Source: Acidimicrobiia bacterium (GTDB lineage Bacteria; Actinomycetota; Acidimicrobiia; Spongiisociales; ZC4RG35). Taken from it: a stretch of DNA of 58,403 nucleotides. This document shows positions 57,685-58,403 of the stretch, piece by piece. A program made the translations under genes and the position numbers. Position 1 is the stretch's first letter. Each line of letters starts with the position of its first letter. Under the pieces are notes generated by a model. It did no database searches. It had not been told where the DNA came from and saw nothing but the letters and a program-made list of their open reading frames with translations. The stretch spans positions 1-58,403 of the forward strand of contig JBHJOH010000053.1 in assembly GCA_050329955.1 (NCBI GenBank), read 5' to 3'.

Positions 57685-58403
57685 TGTACCCGGCCGGGAC
57701 GTTGGTGACAGTTCTTGGATGAGTGAAGACCTCCGAGTGGAGTGGTGATTGCAGCCATCACTCACAAGGAGGTCTTCATGGCTCACCGTAACGCACGGCT
57801 CACCCCCCATGGGCGTCGTCTGGTTGTCCGTCGCGTCCGCGAGGAGGGCTGGCCGGTGGCTCATGTGGCCAAAGCAATGGGGATCTCCCACCAGTGCGTT
57901 CACCGGTGGCTGGCACGCTGGGACGCCGAAGGCGACGCTGGCTGGAGGATCGGTCGTCGCGGCCTCACACGTCGGCGAACCGGACCCCCGTTGAGGTCGA
58001 ACAGGTCGTGGTGGAGGCACGTCGCCGGCGGGAGAGGGCCCCGATGTGCTGGGACCCAAACTGGGGGTGGCACCGAGAACGGTGACCAGGATTCTGTGCC
58101 GCTACGGCGTTCCCCGCCTGGCTGAGTGTGACCCGCTCACCGGTGAGGTGATCCGGGCGTCCAAGACCACCGCGGTGCGCTACGAACGGCCGACACCAGG
58201 GGACCTGGTCCATGTCGACGTCAAGAAGCTCCGTCGGATCCCTGACGGGGCCGGCTGGAAAGCTTGGGGCCGCCACGGTGCCGGCCCCCGACAGCGGGTC
58301 AGTTTCGACTACATCCACTCAGCCGTCGATGACCACACCCGCCTCGCCTACTCCGAGATCCACCCCGACGAAACCGCCGACACGTGCGCGGGGTTCATGG
58401 CCC
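57685..58403 (+). mobile_element. IS481-family insertion sequence (partial, transposase frameshifted twice)
   Basis: End TGTACCCGGCCGGGACGTTGGTGACA after TCTAGG. Transposase from 57778: MAHRNARLT...RW...G / LEDRSSRPH / RYERPTPGDLVHVDVKKL...YIHSAVDDHTRLAYSEI. Confidence 0.92.

Overview
High-GC bacterial chromosome segment. Gene content (F420-dependent LLM oxidoreductase, GuaB1, CutR-like regulator, SigC-like ECF factor) points to Actinomycetota; Acidimicrobiia is an unverified impression. From left to right: a cobalamin-riboswitch-controlled corrinoid uptake/salvage operon; a CutRS-like two-component system with HtrA; a GH65 enzyme; a tandem pair of uncharacterised paralogous membrane proteins; HrpB; a PAS kinase; GuaB1; DUF368; a REC-HDOD protein; and assorted oxidoreductases and transporters. 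Next come a stress cluster (about 32-39.3 kb, includes katE) sharing one SigF/SigB-type promoter motif, a Zn/Mn-type ABC operon ending in a zinc anti-sigma gene and facing a SigC-like gene with an in-frame TAG, a TetR operon, an ABC/NarL operon and pyruvate kinase. The right end is decayed accessory DNA: a broken VapC, an AlbA_2/HATPase protein, half a tRNA-Arg(CCT) and a frameshifted IS481 inside a nuclease-like gene. The most notable signals not in the ORF track are (1) a sigma28/FliA-like promoter in front of two apparently leaderless microproteins, the HDOD gene and the large paralog, (2) five intergenic heptamer-repeat elements, four with inverted arms, and (3) the paralog pair itself. 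All assignments come from reading motifs by eye; no database searches were run.
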